Origin: Vicugna vicugna
Lineage: Eukaryota
Length of the DNA stretch: 64,000 nt
Direction: 5' to 3'
Assembly (NCBI GenBank): GCA_013265495.1
Contig: MU058198.1
Location: 6,215,779 to 6,279,778, forward strand
This document shows, in pieces, positions 53,300-64,000 of this stretch (position 1 is its first letter; each line of letters opens with the position of its first letter). The notes under the pieces are model-generated. The model made no database searches, had not been told where the DNA came from, and was given only the letters and a program-made list of their open reading frames with translations. Both the position numbers and the translations under genes were made by a program.

Positions 53300-53383
53300 T
53301 GACGTCACCTCCTTACTCACCTCCCTCCCTTCTCCCTCCTGCTCCCCCCAGGTCCCTTCCCCAGAGACATTTCCTTTATAAAT
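53300..53383 (-). promoter_or_regulatory. Candidate internal promoter and short non-coding first exon (TATA, strong splice donor, full CRE)
   Basis: Minus-strand TATAAAGG starting at 53380, donor GAG|GTGAGT with GT at 53320-53319, and palindromic TGACGTCA at 53300-53307. Motif evidence only. Confidence 0.45.
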
Positions 53384-55039
53384 GACTTGCAGCTGGATCC
53401 TCATCCCAAGGTCTGCTACCAGGGACTCCAGCCTCAGACACCAGCACTCACAGGCACAATCTCCCCCAATCCTCCAGACAACTTTACAAGGCAGCAAGGC
53501 AGCATCCATTTTACAGATGAGCAAACTTAAGTTAAGCAACTGGTCTACACAGCTGGCTAGTGGTATAGCGAGGTGGGGTTCAAGCCCTGGCCTCTCTGAC
53601 TCCAGGAACTGTCAGAGGTTGTGAGCTGGAAGGATGGAGTGGCCAGCCATATCATTGAAGTCGTACCGTTCCCGGCTCTGGGGCTGGTCACAAGGGCCCA
53701 TTTCAGTGTGAAGGAGGAGGGTTCTCTGGTCCTGGCTCTTGCCTACATGCCCTCCAGCATCCCAAACAATTTCTGAGCCAGGATTTGTGCAAGAGGATGG
53801 CCATGGAGTGGGATTATGGGGGGAGGGGGTTCTCACCGACCCCGAGTGGAGCTGGCCACGAGGTATGGTGGGGAAGGAGGCCACAGGGAAGAGCATATGG
53901 GTCTGAGGATGCTGGGAGCCAGGCTGGGGAAGGTCGGGCTGACCCACGCTGCAGAGGCAGGTGTATTCCTAAAGGCCTCAGCAAGGGAAAGACGTGCCAG
54001 GAGCCTCACTCTGGAAGGGGGCCTGGCTCGGAGACCCACTGCAGGCTTTGGCCGCGCTCCATGGAGAGACGGTGATGGCCCGGGACGTGGCAATGTCAGG
54101 GGTGAGGGCGAGTGGGGAACTTGATAACTCCAGAGGGGTGGGCTCAGTGGACAGCCAATCCACAAATGCAGAGGCAAAGGAGAGGGAAGAGTCCAGCGCT
54201 GGAAACACAGCAACTGAGCGGATAGTCATGTTCCTCAGTGAGAATGGGACGATGCTAAGGCAGGAAGTCAGTGAGGTCACTCCTGCACATGCAGGGTCTA
54301 CAGCAGCTTCAAGACCTCCAGTGGGGATGCCCAGAATGCAGCTAGAGCTCAGACAGGGAGGAGGGGGCACTGGCAAGATGTAAGCACTCACTAAATGTTT
54401 GCTGCGATTGTTCAAGAGACGGAGGCCTGTAAAAATCACGCAGCACAGAAGAGAAAAGGGTGGGAGTAGAACCCTCAGGAAACTCAATACTTAGCGGGAG
54501 GAGTGGGGAGCAGGCTCTGAGGGTATAGTGACACTGTGGGTGCCCCACCCATCCCTGCCCACAATACTTCAGTGCCCCTGCCATCTGCCAGCACTTCTCG
54601 GCCCCAGGGCTTGCCCTGGTCACCCCAGCCCACCCTCCACCTGCTGGGAAGCTGATACCACCCTGCCCTCCACCTGGCAGCAGTAGCCCTCAACCAGTGC
54701 CGGGTGGGGGCTGATGAATAAGTACCCTAGGTGGGTAACACTGGGGTGGGGGGTTGCTGGGGGAAGTGAGGAGGAGCGCATCTACAAATCTGTGTTTCGC
54801 ACCAGCAGAGAGGTGGTATGAAGTATGAAGAGCCACAACGTGCAATTGTCAGAATCAAAGAGTGAAAATACTATTTGCTTTTCCATTATTTTAAAAAATC
54901 TTATCAGCTCAATCAAAAGAGCCTCTGTTTGGTGCTGATGTGTCCTTAATACCTTCCTAACACTTGTTAATTGTTTAAACCAATGAGAGGGCTCAGATCT
55001 TCAGCTGTTCCTAGGCAGACCTGAAGAATATTTTGACAG

Positions 55040-55520
55040 TTACCTTCTGTGCTGGAGAATCCATCACCTGCATCCTCTCCTTCCCCATCTTCCCCAGATC
55101 ACTGCTCTGTGCCCCAAGGGACTGACTCCTTAGAACGGCATCCCCAGGCTCCCTAGCCTTCTGAATCAGCAATGGGGGGCACCAGCTGGAAGTCGGAGGG
55201 AGGAGAGAGGTCAGCGTGTTTCTGCCCTGCTCCTTCCCTGTCTCTGTCCACATCTCTGGCAGTGGCTTCATCCTCTTATCCGCAACCATGGCTCCATTGT
55301 CACGGCTACTGCTCTTACAGGCTTCAGAACACTGTTCCTACCCTTTCCTCCTTCCCACCCAAGGCTGGTAACAGTTTCCCCCTGTCCTCAGCCTTTGCGG
55401 GGCCTCAGATTCTTTTAACCCTTCCTACGCCTCTGTGAGAAAGAAGTTCTTTCATTCAAGTGCCTTCACTGGAACCAGTTGGGAGATTCTGCTTCCTGGA
55501 GAGAGCCTCCCTGGCACGTC
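55040..55520 (+). mobile_element. ERVL solo LTR (LTR33-like)
   Basis: ctgctctgtgccccaagggactgact...caatgggggcaccagctggaagtcggagggaggagagag...ggctggtaacagtttccc. Confidence 0.6.
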
Positions 55521-55562
55521 GTTTTTTACGGCAAGGGATCCAATTAGAGTAGTGATCAAAGG

Positions 55563-55727
55563 CAGTGGTCTGAGTGGCCCCCTGACTACTGGCAGCAGCA
55601 GTTCTTGGGAACTTGTGATGCAAATTCTTGGGTCTTACCGAATCAGACACTCTGACGGTGGGGCCCACTTGTGTTTTAATGGGCCCTCCAGGTGATGCTG
55701 ATGCACATTCAAACATGAGCATCACTG
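55563..55727 (+). mobile_element. MER5A (hAT-Charlie)
   Basis: gggaacttgtgatgcaaattcttggg...gaatcagacactctg...gccctccaggtgatgctgatgcac...cactg. Confidence 0.8.
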
Positions 55728-56559
55728 ATCTGTGGTTCCCTTTTAAACATATGTACAAAAAAGTGAGTGAACATCGGGAAAAACTGAGTCAATGCTAGAC
55801 CGTAGGTGTTGGCATCTGGCAAACAGAGAAAAGGTAGAATGGGAATAATTAAACAACTGGGAATCATCGTGTAGTGTCTGGTCTACAATCAATGCCCACT
55901 ATCATTATTCACGTTACGGAACGCATGTACATGTGGATAAAGGAAGCTGGAAAGGACAGTGGGCTGGCAGTCTCTGGGCAGGACCAGTGGGGAGCCTTAG
56001 TGACGCCCGGGAAAGGCTCAATAATCACAGAGATGATTGTTTCAAGTCCCTGAAACTTGCCGCTAATGGCTTGATCTGCAGCTGAGAATTGGTGACCTCC
56101 TGGGGCAGAGGAAATGAAATGATTTCTCATCAGGTGCGGGACCTGAGGGGTGACAGCTAATCCTGTTAGCTGCACTTTTTTTTTTTTTTGCCTTTTTAAA
56201 AAACATCTTCATGACGCCAACTCTGACCCTCCATTGATGAAACTGACAGATTTGCAAGGATGATTTCCCTTGGGCCTGAGATTCCCTCCCTTGCTAAGAC
56301 GGTTTCCGGGGCCAGCTCCTTGGCTGAGGGGGACATCATGGGTGGGAGCCATGTCTTGGATGTGTGACCGTGGCTGGGGGTCCTACCCCTCTGCCCTCCG
56401 TTTCCTCATTTGAAAAACAGGCACGGTAGACTTGCGTGCATTAAATGAGACGATACTGTTCAGTCACACAAGCCTGACCCTTGGAAAGCAGTCAAGAAAA
56501 CTAAGTATTACTATTACCTCCTAATTAGTATAATTATTAGCAATTACAATAATTACAAG

Positions 56560-56965
56560 AGGCAGTGGGGCGTAGGGGTGAAGGGCGTGGACGTGGGACA
56601 GGCCACCTAGGTTAACACCTGGCTCTGCCACTTACAAGCTGGGAGGCTGCAAGTCGTCTCTCCCACTGTACCTGTTTTCTCCCTTATAAATTGGGAAATA
56701 GAAGTGGGGAGGGTATAGCTCAAGTGGTAGAGTGCATGCTTAGCATGCACGAGGTCCTGGGTTCAATCCCCAGTACCTCCTCTAAGAATAAATAAACCTA
56801 ATTACACATCCTCCCTGTAAAAAAAAAACAGGAATAAATTGGGAGATAGATAGTACCCACTTCTGGACAGTTGTGAGGATAAAGCGAGTTAATTGATGAG
56901 TAAAGTGCGAAGGGCAGTGCCTGGCATATAGCAAGTGTTACATAAACATTAGCTGTTACTATTAT
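56560..56965 (+). mobile_element. MIR split by a SINE
   Basis: ggctctgccacttacaagctg ... [SINE] ... tagtacccacttc...gttgtgaggataaagcgag...gtaaagtgc...cagtgcctggcatatag. Confidence 0.8.
56703..56833 (+). mobile_element. tRNA-Ala-derived SINE (Vic-1-like), inserted into a MIR
   Basis: Near-intact tRNA-Ala(AGC) head with A and B boxes. 17-bp TSD ATAAATTGGGAAATAGA (56686-56702) / ATAAATTGGGAGATAGA (56834-56850). Confidence 0.93.
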
Positions 56966-57702
56966 TTGTCATCGTAATTCCCATGGGATGTAGCCAAAGA
57001 GCAGGCAGCCTGGAATGAGTGCATCTCGGCCACTGGACAAGTAAAACTTATTGGAGAGGGCAAAGGGGGAGAGAGGAGGAAATTGTTGGAATATCATACG
57101 AAATCCCAAGACTTAATGGCATTTCAAGAGAAAACATTTTTCCCCCTAAAATCCATCAGTTTAATATGTCAAATCAATAAGTCGTGGTGCAGTGGCCACT
57201 GGCTGTGGGCTCGGTGACACACCCCCTGAAGCCCAGCATGTTAAGTCATGTAAATGACACAAGCTGGGACCTCTGAGGCTGGAAATGACTCTGTGACAGC
57301 TGCTGTTTGCAAAATGTCAATACTGGAAGCTCAGAGGGATGCACAGGGGGCTGGGAGAAGGATGCCAGAGGCCTCAGAAAACCACAGGGAGGGACTTGGG
57401 GGGGTCACTAAGCCCCCAGGCCTCAGCCTGCAGATGAGAAGTTAGGATGTGCTGTGTTACAAAGCACATTGTGGGCAGATTAGGGTAGGGGCAGGTCTTT
57501 CACCTCCCAGGTTGCACGACTGGGGGGTGGGGTGACTCGATCAGAGGCACAGGGATTGAGGTTTGAGGGGAGAGGGGCTGCCTTGAAGACCAAGGGATGG
57601 TGGCTGTACAACACGTCTGCAGCCCTGAGTTCCAGCCCTGATGCTGTGGGACCCTGGAAGGCCCTGGTGCCTCCGGGGTCCTCAGTTTCCCTCCCAGTAA
57701 AA

Positions 57703-58050
57703 CAAGAGGTTTCTCAAACAAGCTGCCAACAGGCCGAAGCCAGCCTGCAAAATTGTCTTGTTTGGCCCACACAGTATTTTAAAAATATCTGAATTCATTA
57801 TCAACATTTAAAAATAGGAGACTTCACATAAAAAAATCCAGATTTCTGGATTTGTTTGCAAAATGAGTGGATGCAGCAATCCAAGACCCACGTCCCTACA
57901 TGATGATGACTGTGGGGCTGAGCTAGGGCGGCCCCCCTCAAACAGGGCGTGTACTTCTGGGCCAGCACAGAACCCTGCCCCGCCCCTGGACTCCTTCACT
58001 CCTTCAGGGTTCCTGCCTAGCTCTCGTGAGCATTTGAATTCACAGCCTCC
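57703..58050 (-). mobile_element. MER102 (hAT-Charlie)
   Basis: Contains gtttggcccacacagtattttaaaaa...caacatttaaaaataggagacttcacataaaaaaatccagatttctgg. Confidence 0.75.
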
Positions 58051-58904
58051 CATACAATGATGCCTAAAGTCATTCCTACCCCTGACATTCTGCAGCAATT
58101 CAACTTTTGGGGAGCCTGTATGGTCCTCCCCGTTATCTACATGTGGGAGTGAAATACACAGCAAACTCTCAGTTATCCAGCTTCCTCAAGGATGCAGGGT
58201 TCTAGCAAACACCATGCCACCTCATACATGAGGGTGCCAATTTTCAAAGAGTTAGAGTAAAAGGAAAGGCATTTAGCTCTAAAAATATGCCCAGAGTGAT
58301 TTAACTGAGCCAGGAATATAGATCTGAGAACTATTCCTGAGAGTCAGCTTGTCCACCCCAGGCCCACATCCTGTCCACGAAGGCCTGAGAGGGCCAGGAG
58401 TTGCCCAAGGTCACGACACTGGGAATCTTCCTTTCATTAAGTCAGACAAAACCTTATAGGCTTTGACTGGAGATCATGGTAGAGACCCTAGGTGACCACT
58501 CTTACAGGATGTGCAAAAACGCTGGGTACCAGAGCACGTGGGAACAGAATGCCATTCAAACACCCATCATTGTGTTGCCCGGGAAACACAGGACCTGGGA
58601 GGGACTGTTTTCTGTGTGACCATCTTTTCCTTTTCTAGAGCCTCTCTACTCAAAGCAGACCTACCAACTCAAGATCTACCTTTTAACCAGATCCACAGCT
58701 CACCCAGACACACATTCAAGTGTGAGGAGCACTGCTCTAGAGGATGAAGTTCAAAGTCTTCATGCAGCACACAGTGCCCTGGACAGGCGGGTCCTAAGCA
58801 GCCCTGCCCACCTCCACCCTCAGCACCATCTGCTTGCTGAACGTTCCATGCCCTCTTGTGTCTCCAGCATGGCCCTAGCCCCTGAAGTGTCGGCCTCTTC
58901 TGGG

Positions 58905-59365
58905 CTCAACTGAATAACTGCAAAGATATCCACGTCCTAATCTCCAGAACATGTGATTACGTTATGTTACCTTATACGGTGGATTATGATCTTGAGATGG
59001 AGACATTATCCTGGATTAATTGGATGGGCCCAATGTAATCACAAGGGTCCTTGTAAGAGGGAAGTAAGAGGGTCAGAGTCAGGAACAGGAGATGGATAAC
59101 AGAAGCGAAAGTTGGAGCAATACAGGGCCACGAGCCAAGAAATACAGGCAGCCTCCAGAAACTGGAAAACGCAAGGAAACAGGTTCTCCCCTGGAGGTCT
59201 CCCTTGGAGTCTCAGAAAGGAATGCATTCCTGCTGACAATCTGATTTTAGCCCCATAAAACTCACTTCAGAATTCTGATCCCCAGAACTTTAAGATAATA
59301 AATCCATGTTGTTTTAAGGCATTACGTTTGTGCTAACCTGTTACAATAACAATAAGAAACTAATT
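58905..59365 (+). mobile_element. MaLR solo LTR (MLT1D-like)
   Basis: aaagatatccacgtcctaatc...gggcccaatgtaatcacaagggtcctt...aagataataaatccatgttgttttaag...aagaaactaat. Confidence 0.85.
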
Positions 59366-60281
59366 TCTTCTTTCTTCTACTTTCTAACATCTTTTTGTTT
59401 TCTTTTTCTTCTTTTTGTTTTCCTTCTACTTTCCAACATCTTCTTTCTTTGTTCAAGATCACCTCCTCCAAGAAGACTCTCCTGACTACCCCAGCCCCCA
59501 CGATGGCCCCCAGACTGACCTCAGCCAAGAAGGAAGCTTCTCTACCACTTCCAGGTAGATGCCTTGCTTAGATGGAGAGAACCCGGACTTGGGGTCAAGC
59601 AGGTCTGGAGTTGACCTAGGACCCTTACCTAACCTCTCTGAGCCTCAGTCTCTTTGGGTATAAAATGAAGTCAACATGACCCATCTCACACGTCTTCTGT
59701 GAGATCGTGGCTGCAAACCCCCCAGGCTAGTTCCTGGCACATTGTAGGCCCCCAGTAAATGTTGGTGTACCAAGCTGACAAGCTGGGCCCGGAGAAATGA
59801 GGTGTCCTCCTCTCAGCTCACAACTGGATAAATGAGTTTATCAGTGGAACTGATTTTGACAATGCGTTACTGTCCCCAGAGTCCCACAAGGCTCCAGTCC
59901 CTGTCAACTTAGAAATGACTCTGGCAGACATGCCCTTTAGAAACAGCTCTGATGGAACCTGAGGACAGTCACTGAACATTTGATATGTGTCACGGTGACC
60001 TTGGCCTTCAGCATCAGATGACAATGATTTTTCTTTCTATTTCGGATCCAGAAGCTGGCCTTGAAGATAAACCCTGGCCCACACAGACTGGGATCTGGGG
60101 AGGAGGTCGGGAGGGCAAATGTAGTGGGAAGAACTTAGAAGTTCAAGGTTGAGCTCTGGCCACCACCTCCACCCCAACTTCCCACCACTTGGGCGAGTCC
60201 TCCCACTGCTCTGGGCCTCCCCCTTCTCCCATCTCTAAGATGGAGTTGCTACGCAAGCAAAGGAAGTTGGACAGGGTAGGT

Positions 60282-60600
60282 CAGAAGCTGCAAACTTGCC
60301 TAAAGAGAAGTTTTTGAGATTTGTTGCTGTTTCCTGGGTTGGTTTGGTTCCATCTCTTTTTCTGTCTGTCTCTCTCTTATTATATGTGGCATTTTAAAAA
60401 TTTTGAATTAGATGCCAACATTTTAAAATGGGAAAATCCCATGAAAATCTAGATTCTTTGGGAGATCTGGCCAATCAGGGCCACATTCCCACAGGAAGAC
60501 AACAGCTGGAGCCCAGAGGCGGCTGCTCCCTGTAGGTGGCGCAGGTGCTCTCCAGTTTGCCACAGTCCCCACTCTTCCCTATAGTCTCCTGCCCTGGAGG
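60282..60600 (-). mobile_element. MER102 (hAT-Charlie)
   Basis: Contains gaattagatgccaacattttaaaatggg...gggccacattcccac...cagctggagc...ctctccagtttgccacagtcccc. Confidence 0.75.
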
Positions 60601-61980
60601 CTACAGCCCAGGGAAGCACCCCAGAGTGTGGGCAGGGTCCTTTACAATGAGAGCTGGGAGAAAGCAGAGAGAGGGAGAAAAAGCCAGGCAGTGTGCAGCC
60701 AGGGGACAGAGACGGGCAGGGCTCGGGAAGGAGGCCGGCTGGGAATGCCGGGAGAGGCACTGCATCCAAAGGGCCTCCTAGACACCAGCTGGTTCCTACT
60801 CCAGCTGCCACCTGCCGCCAGTGGGAGGAGCGGTACCCTGGAGAACGCATCTGTGAACAGAATGGGGCTGGTCACTGCAGAGCACAGAAGAAAAGGAAAC
60901 ATGTGCCCAGTGGTTAAGGGCGTGCCTGGGGAGCCAGACCCCCTGCAGGCAAACCTCATCTCTGCTACTGACTTGCTGTGTGACCCTGGGCAAGTTACTA
61001 CACCTCTCTAGCCTCACTTTCCTCATCTGCCTCTGAGGGTGGTTGTAAGAGTTAAATGAGACATGTAACACGGCATAAACCAGGCTCAGCACACAACAGG
61101 CCTCAATACATGCCCACTGTCCCCATGAAACAGATGAGAACACCGAGACTTGGAAAGAGGAAGAAAAAATTCATCTGCCTCAAGCTTGAAAGAGCCAGGC
61201 TGAGTGGGTGGTAGGGAGATACTGTCACCCAGGTGATCTGGATTCAACATGTGCCCAGTATCCCAAGGCAGGCACACTCTAGCTCTGTGCCCTTGGCCTC
61301 CCTGTGGCCCTCTTCCCGAATCCAGGGCATTCTGACATGCCGTCCCGGATCCTGACATCCAAACTCATCTGAAAAATCACAGTCATTGTACCAAACAAAT
61401 TTCCCAAACCCAGACTCTGCGTCAGGCGCTACAGGGGATGCAGAGGGGAGCAGACTTGGATCCAACCCTCCGGGAACTGCAAATTTAATCTGAGGGCCGA
61501 GACACACATCCAACAATGACAACCACATTATTACTTAAGGTGCCAAGCACTGTGCTGGGCCCTTGGCAAGTAGAAATTCACTTCAACTCCACAACCACCA
61601 TTGGACTTGCGTGCTATTATTATCTCCAAGTTCTAGATGAAGAGAAAACTGAGGCACAGACAGGTTCATTACCCAGCCCAGGATCACAGCTAGCACGTGG
61701 CAGAGCTGGGATTCAAAGGCCAGCCAGCCCAGCTTCCCCTGCATGAGCCCAGCCGGCCTCAAGGCCCTGTGTGCCAGGGGAAGAAGGAACACCTCCTGAT
61801 AATCTCTAGGTGGCCCAGCTGGTTCCTTCCAATAAGCATTCAAAATAGGAACTACATCTTACAAATGAGGACACTAAAGCACAGAGAGGGAAAGTGATTT
61901 GCTCAAGGTCCCACAGCGTTGGCAAGGGAAGCAGTCAGGAGTGGTGCCTGGCTCTCTGAGCCCTCCTCCCCAGCTCTCTG

Positions 61981-62454
61981 CAGGGGTTCTGCCTTTTTTC
62001 CGGGCCATGGACTCCTATGGCATCTAATGAGGCCTAACATTTTTCTCTGAAAAATGTTTTTAAATGCATAAGACCAAACGTACAGGATTGCAAAGAAACC
62101 AATTACATTGAAATGGAGTTAGCAAGACATATTTAAAAATCAAACATATAGTATTAACCTATGTGCTTCTTTCCTAATGCACAAAATAACAAGATCTAGT
62201 GTGAGTCTGATAACTTCCGTAACTTTGAAGTAGCGAGGAAGGAAGTGATTATTTTCAAGATCTCTGCAAACCCTGTAACGTGTTATGAAAACTCTTGTGA
62301 TTCCAGTTGCTGACAAAGTCCCAGGTGGAGAGAAATGCTAACTGCCAGTCAGAGGCTAGTGAGAGGAAAGATGTAATATCTTGCCACCCAAGTTCTTGCA
62401 TCCCTGCATTCTGACCACTGACCCCCTTGGGAATTTCTAGGTTAAGAATCTCTG
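61981..62454 (+). mobile_element. Charlie4a-like (hAT-Charlie)
   Basis: CAGGGGTTCT...atgtttttaaatgcata...atgtgcttcttt...aataacaagatctag...ggttaagaatctctg. Confidence 0.8.
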
Positions 62455-64000
62455 CCTGAAGCAGTTGTTCTCAAATGTCTGCTTGTTAAAATTCACATTG
62501 CCAGGCTGCCCCACCACCTCCCCAGGGAAGCTGATGCTGTGGATGCAGGGAAGAGGCTGGGCTCTGCATTTTGAAAAGCACCCTGGGTCATTCTGATGCA
62601 TGGGCCATATTTGGAGAAAGAAATGTCTCTTAAAAATGAAGATACCATGAAGTCTCTTTCTTGTTGCAACCTTCTAGAGATCTCTCATTGCAGTTGGAAT
62701 AAACCCCAACTTCCTACCCGGCTTTTAAATACCCCTGCCAAGGTAGTCAAGCCTCTGCCTACACTTTGACGTCTCCTCACTGACCACATTCCAGCCACCA
62801 CAGGGCCTTTGCACTTGCTGTGCCCTCTGTTCAGATTGCTTACCTCCCAGCACTGCTAGGTTGACTGCTTCCCAGCTCAGCTGCCACCAACCAATCCATC
62901 TAAAGGAGCCACATCCTCAACACAGTCACCTTTCAGCCTTCAACCCATTTCATTTTTCATTCTTTGAAATGGCGTTATCTCTTGGCTAACTCATGTGTAG
63001 TCTGCTCTCCATCCATAATGAAAGTTCCATGTGGGCAGGGATTTTGTCCGACTGTTCAGCACTGTCTCCTAGAAGTGTCTGGCACCAGCACAGGATGCGC
63101 TCAGTGAAAAGTCGTTAAACAAATAACTGAAGAAATGACACAAGCCAAGAGGAAAAGGAGGAGATGGCCAGGCTCCCTCAGCAGCGAAGAAGCCAAAGGA
63201 AGAAACTGCTTCAAGGATGAGGCAGCGCTGTTGTGAATGCCACCCAAAGGTCAGGAAAAATGAGGACTGAGAGACTAGAAAAGGCCACAGCTTTGTAGAT
63301 TGGAGACCCTCTGGTGACATTTGCGAGTAAGGAGACAGATTCCTCAGCGGGGCTGATGCCAAAGGGAATCTGACTTGAGGGGCTGGAAGGGAGTGGGTGG
63401 TGAGGCTGCCAGCGCAGACTCCTTGGGTTTTGATAATGAGAACTGGCGGGCATGGGGTAGAGGGGAGGTTTGTTCAAGTTTCAGTGCAGAGGGAGGGAGA
63501 AGGGGAGGCAGACGGTTTAGGGGTTTGGACATCTGGACTCGGTCAATGCCTGAGTCATTAATTCCATTTTGGTGGGGACGAACCCAGTGGGATAAGGGCA
63601 GGGCTTTGGAGCCAGAGTGGATTCAAATCCCACCTCCTCCAGCTACCAGCTGTGTTACTGGGGGCAAGTTATTTAAATCCTGCTGGATCTCAGTTTCCTC
63701 ATCTGTAAAATGGAATGCCTACAGTACCCACTTCAAGGGTGGTAGTGGGGATTCAATGACCTCCACTCCCCATCCCCAGCATGCAGTGAGCACCCAGCAA
63801 GTATAATCTTTTGTTTCCTAATTATGCCAGTGCTGTGTTGGAGCTGGAATGTCACAAGGAAATGCTGCTCTCAGGACACACTGGACAGACGAGGAGACAG
63901 ACCAGTGAAGCAGAGATGGACCACACATGAGTCTGTAAACAGGGGCTGTGGCCAGGCTGGGGAGGCCCAAGAGCTTCCAGAGGAGGTGCTGCCTCCAATG

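Noticed and set aside
52463..54487. Cluster of 100-200 aa ORFs on both strands
   Set aside because: No homology that I recognise and no consistent exon structure. Explained by high GC content and few stop codons.
56706..56781. Apparent tRNA-Ala(AGC) gene (also at 42629, 44052 and 9740-9815)
   Set aside because: Each has an A-rich tail, most have TSDs, all interrupt older repeats, and none has an adjacent T-run terminator. They are SINE copies, not tRNA genes.
59365..59455. Pyrimidine-rich tract with a 20-bp near-duplicate at 49-bp spacing
   Set aside because: Low-complexity slippage product at an LTR edge, with no sign of function.

Overview
This window is mammalian genomic DNA and is almost entirely intronic. 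It holds three internal coding exons of GSG1L, a claudin-like tetraspan AMPA-receptor auxiliary subunit, on the minus strand: 50474-50626, 17998-18109 and 4711-4878 (exons 3-5 by analogy to human). They splice in frame through canonical GT-AG sites across introns of 32,364 and 13,119 bp. The start and stop exons are not in the window. The rest is a typical eutherian repeat landscape: L1M, L2, MIR, CR1/L3, MaLR/ERVL LTRs and hAT/Tigger DNA transposons. Four young tRNA-Ala(AGC)-derived SINEs point to a camelid genome (inference). I find no evidence of a novel coding system, and the long ORFs in the track are chance or repeat-derived. The best leads are: (1) a TATA / short exon / strong splice donor / CRE module 2.7 kb upstream of exon 3 that could drive an N-terminally truncated GSG1L; (2) a four-layer nested transposon containing a recent 240-bp tandem duplication and a template-switch scar; (3) several candidate regulatory modules, some inside transposon fossils. 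Repeat family names were recognised by eye from remembered consensus sequences, and boundaries are approximate unless target-site duplications (TSDs) are given.
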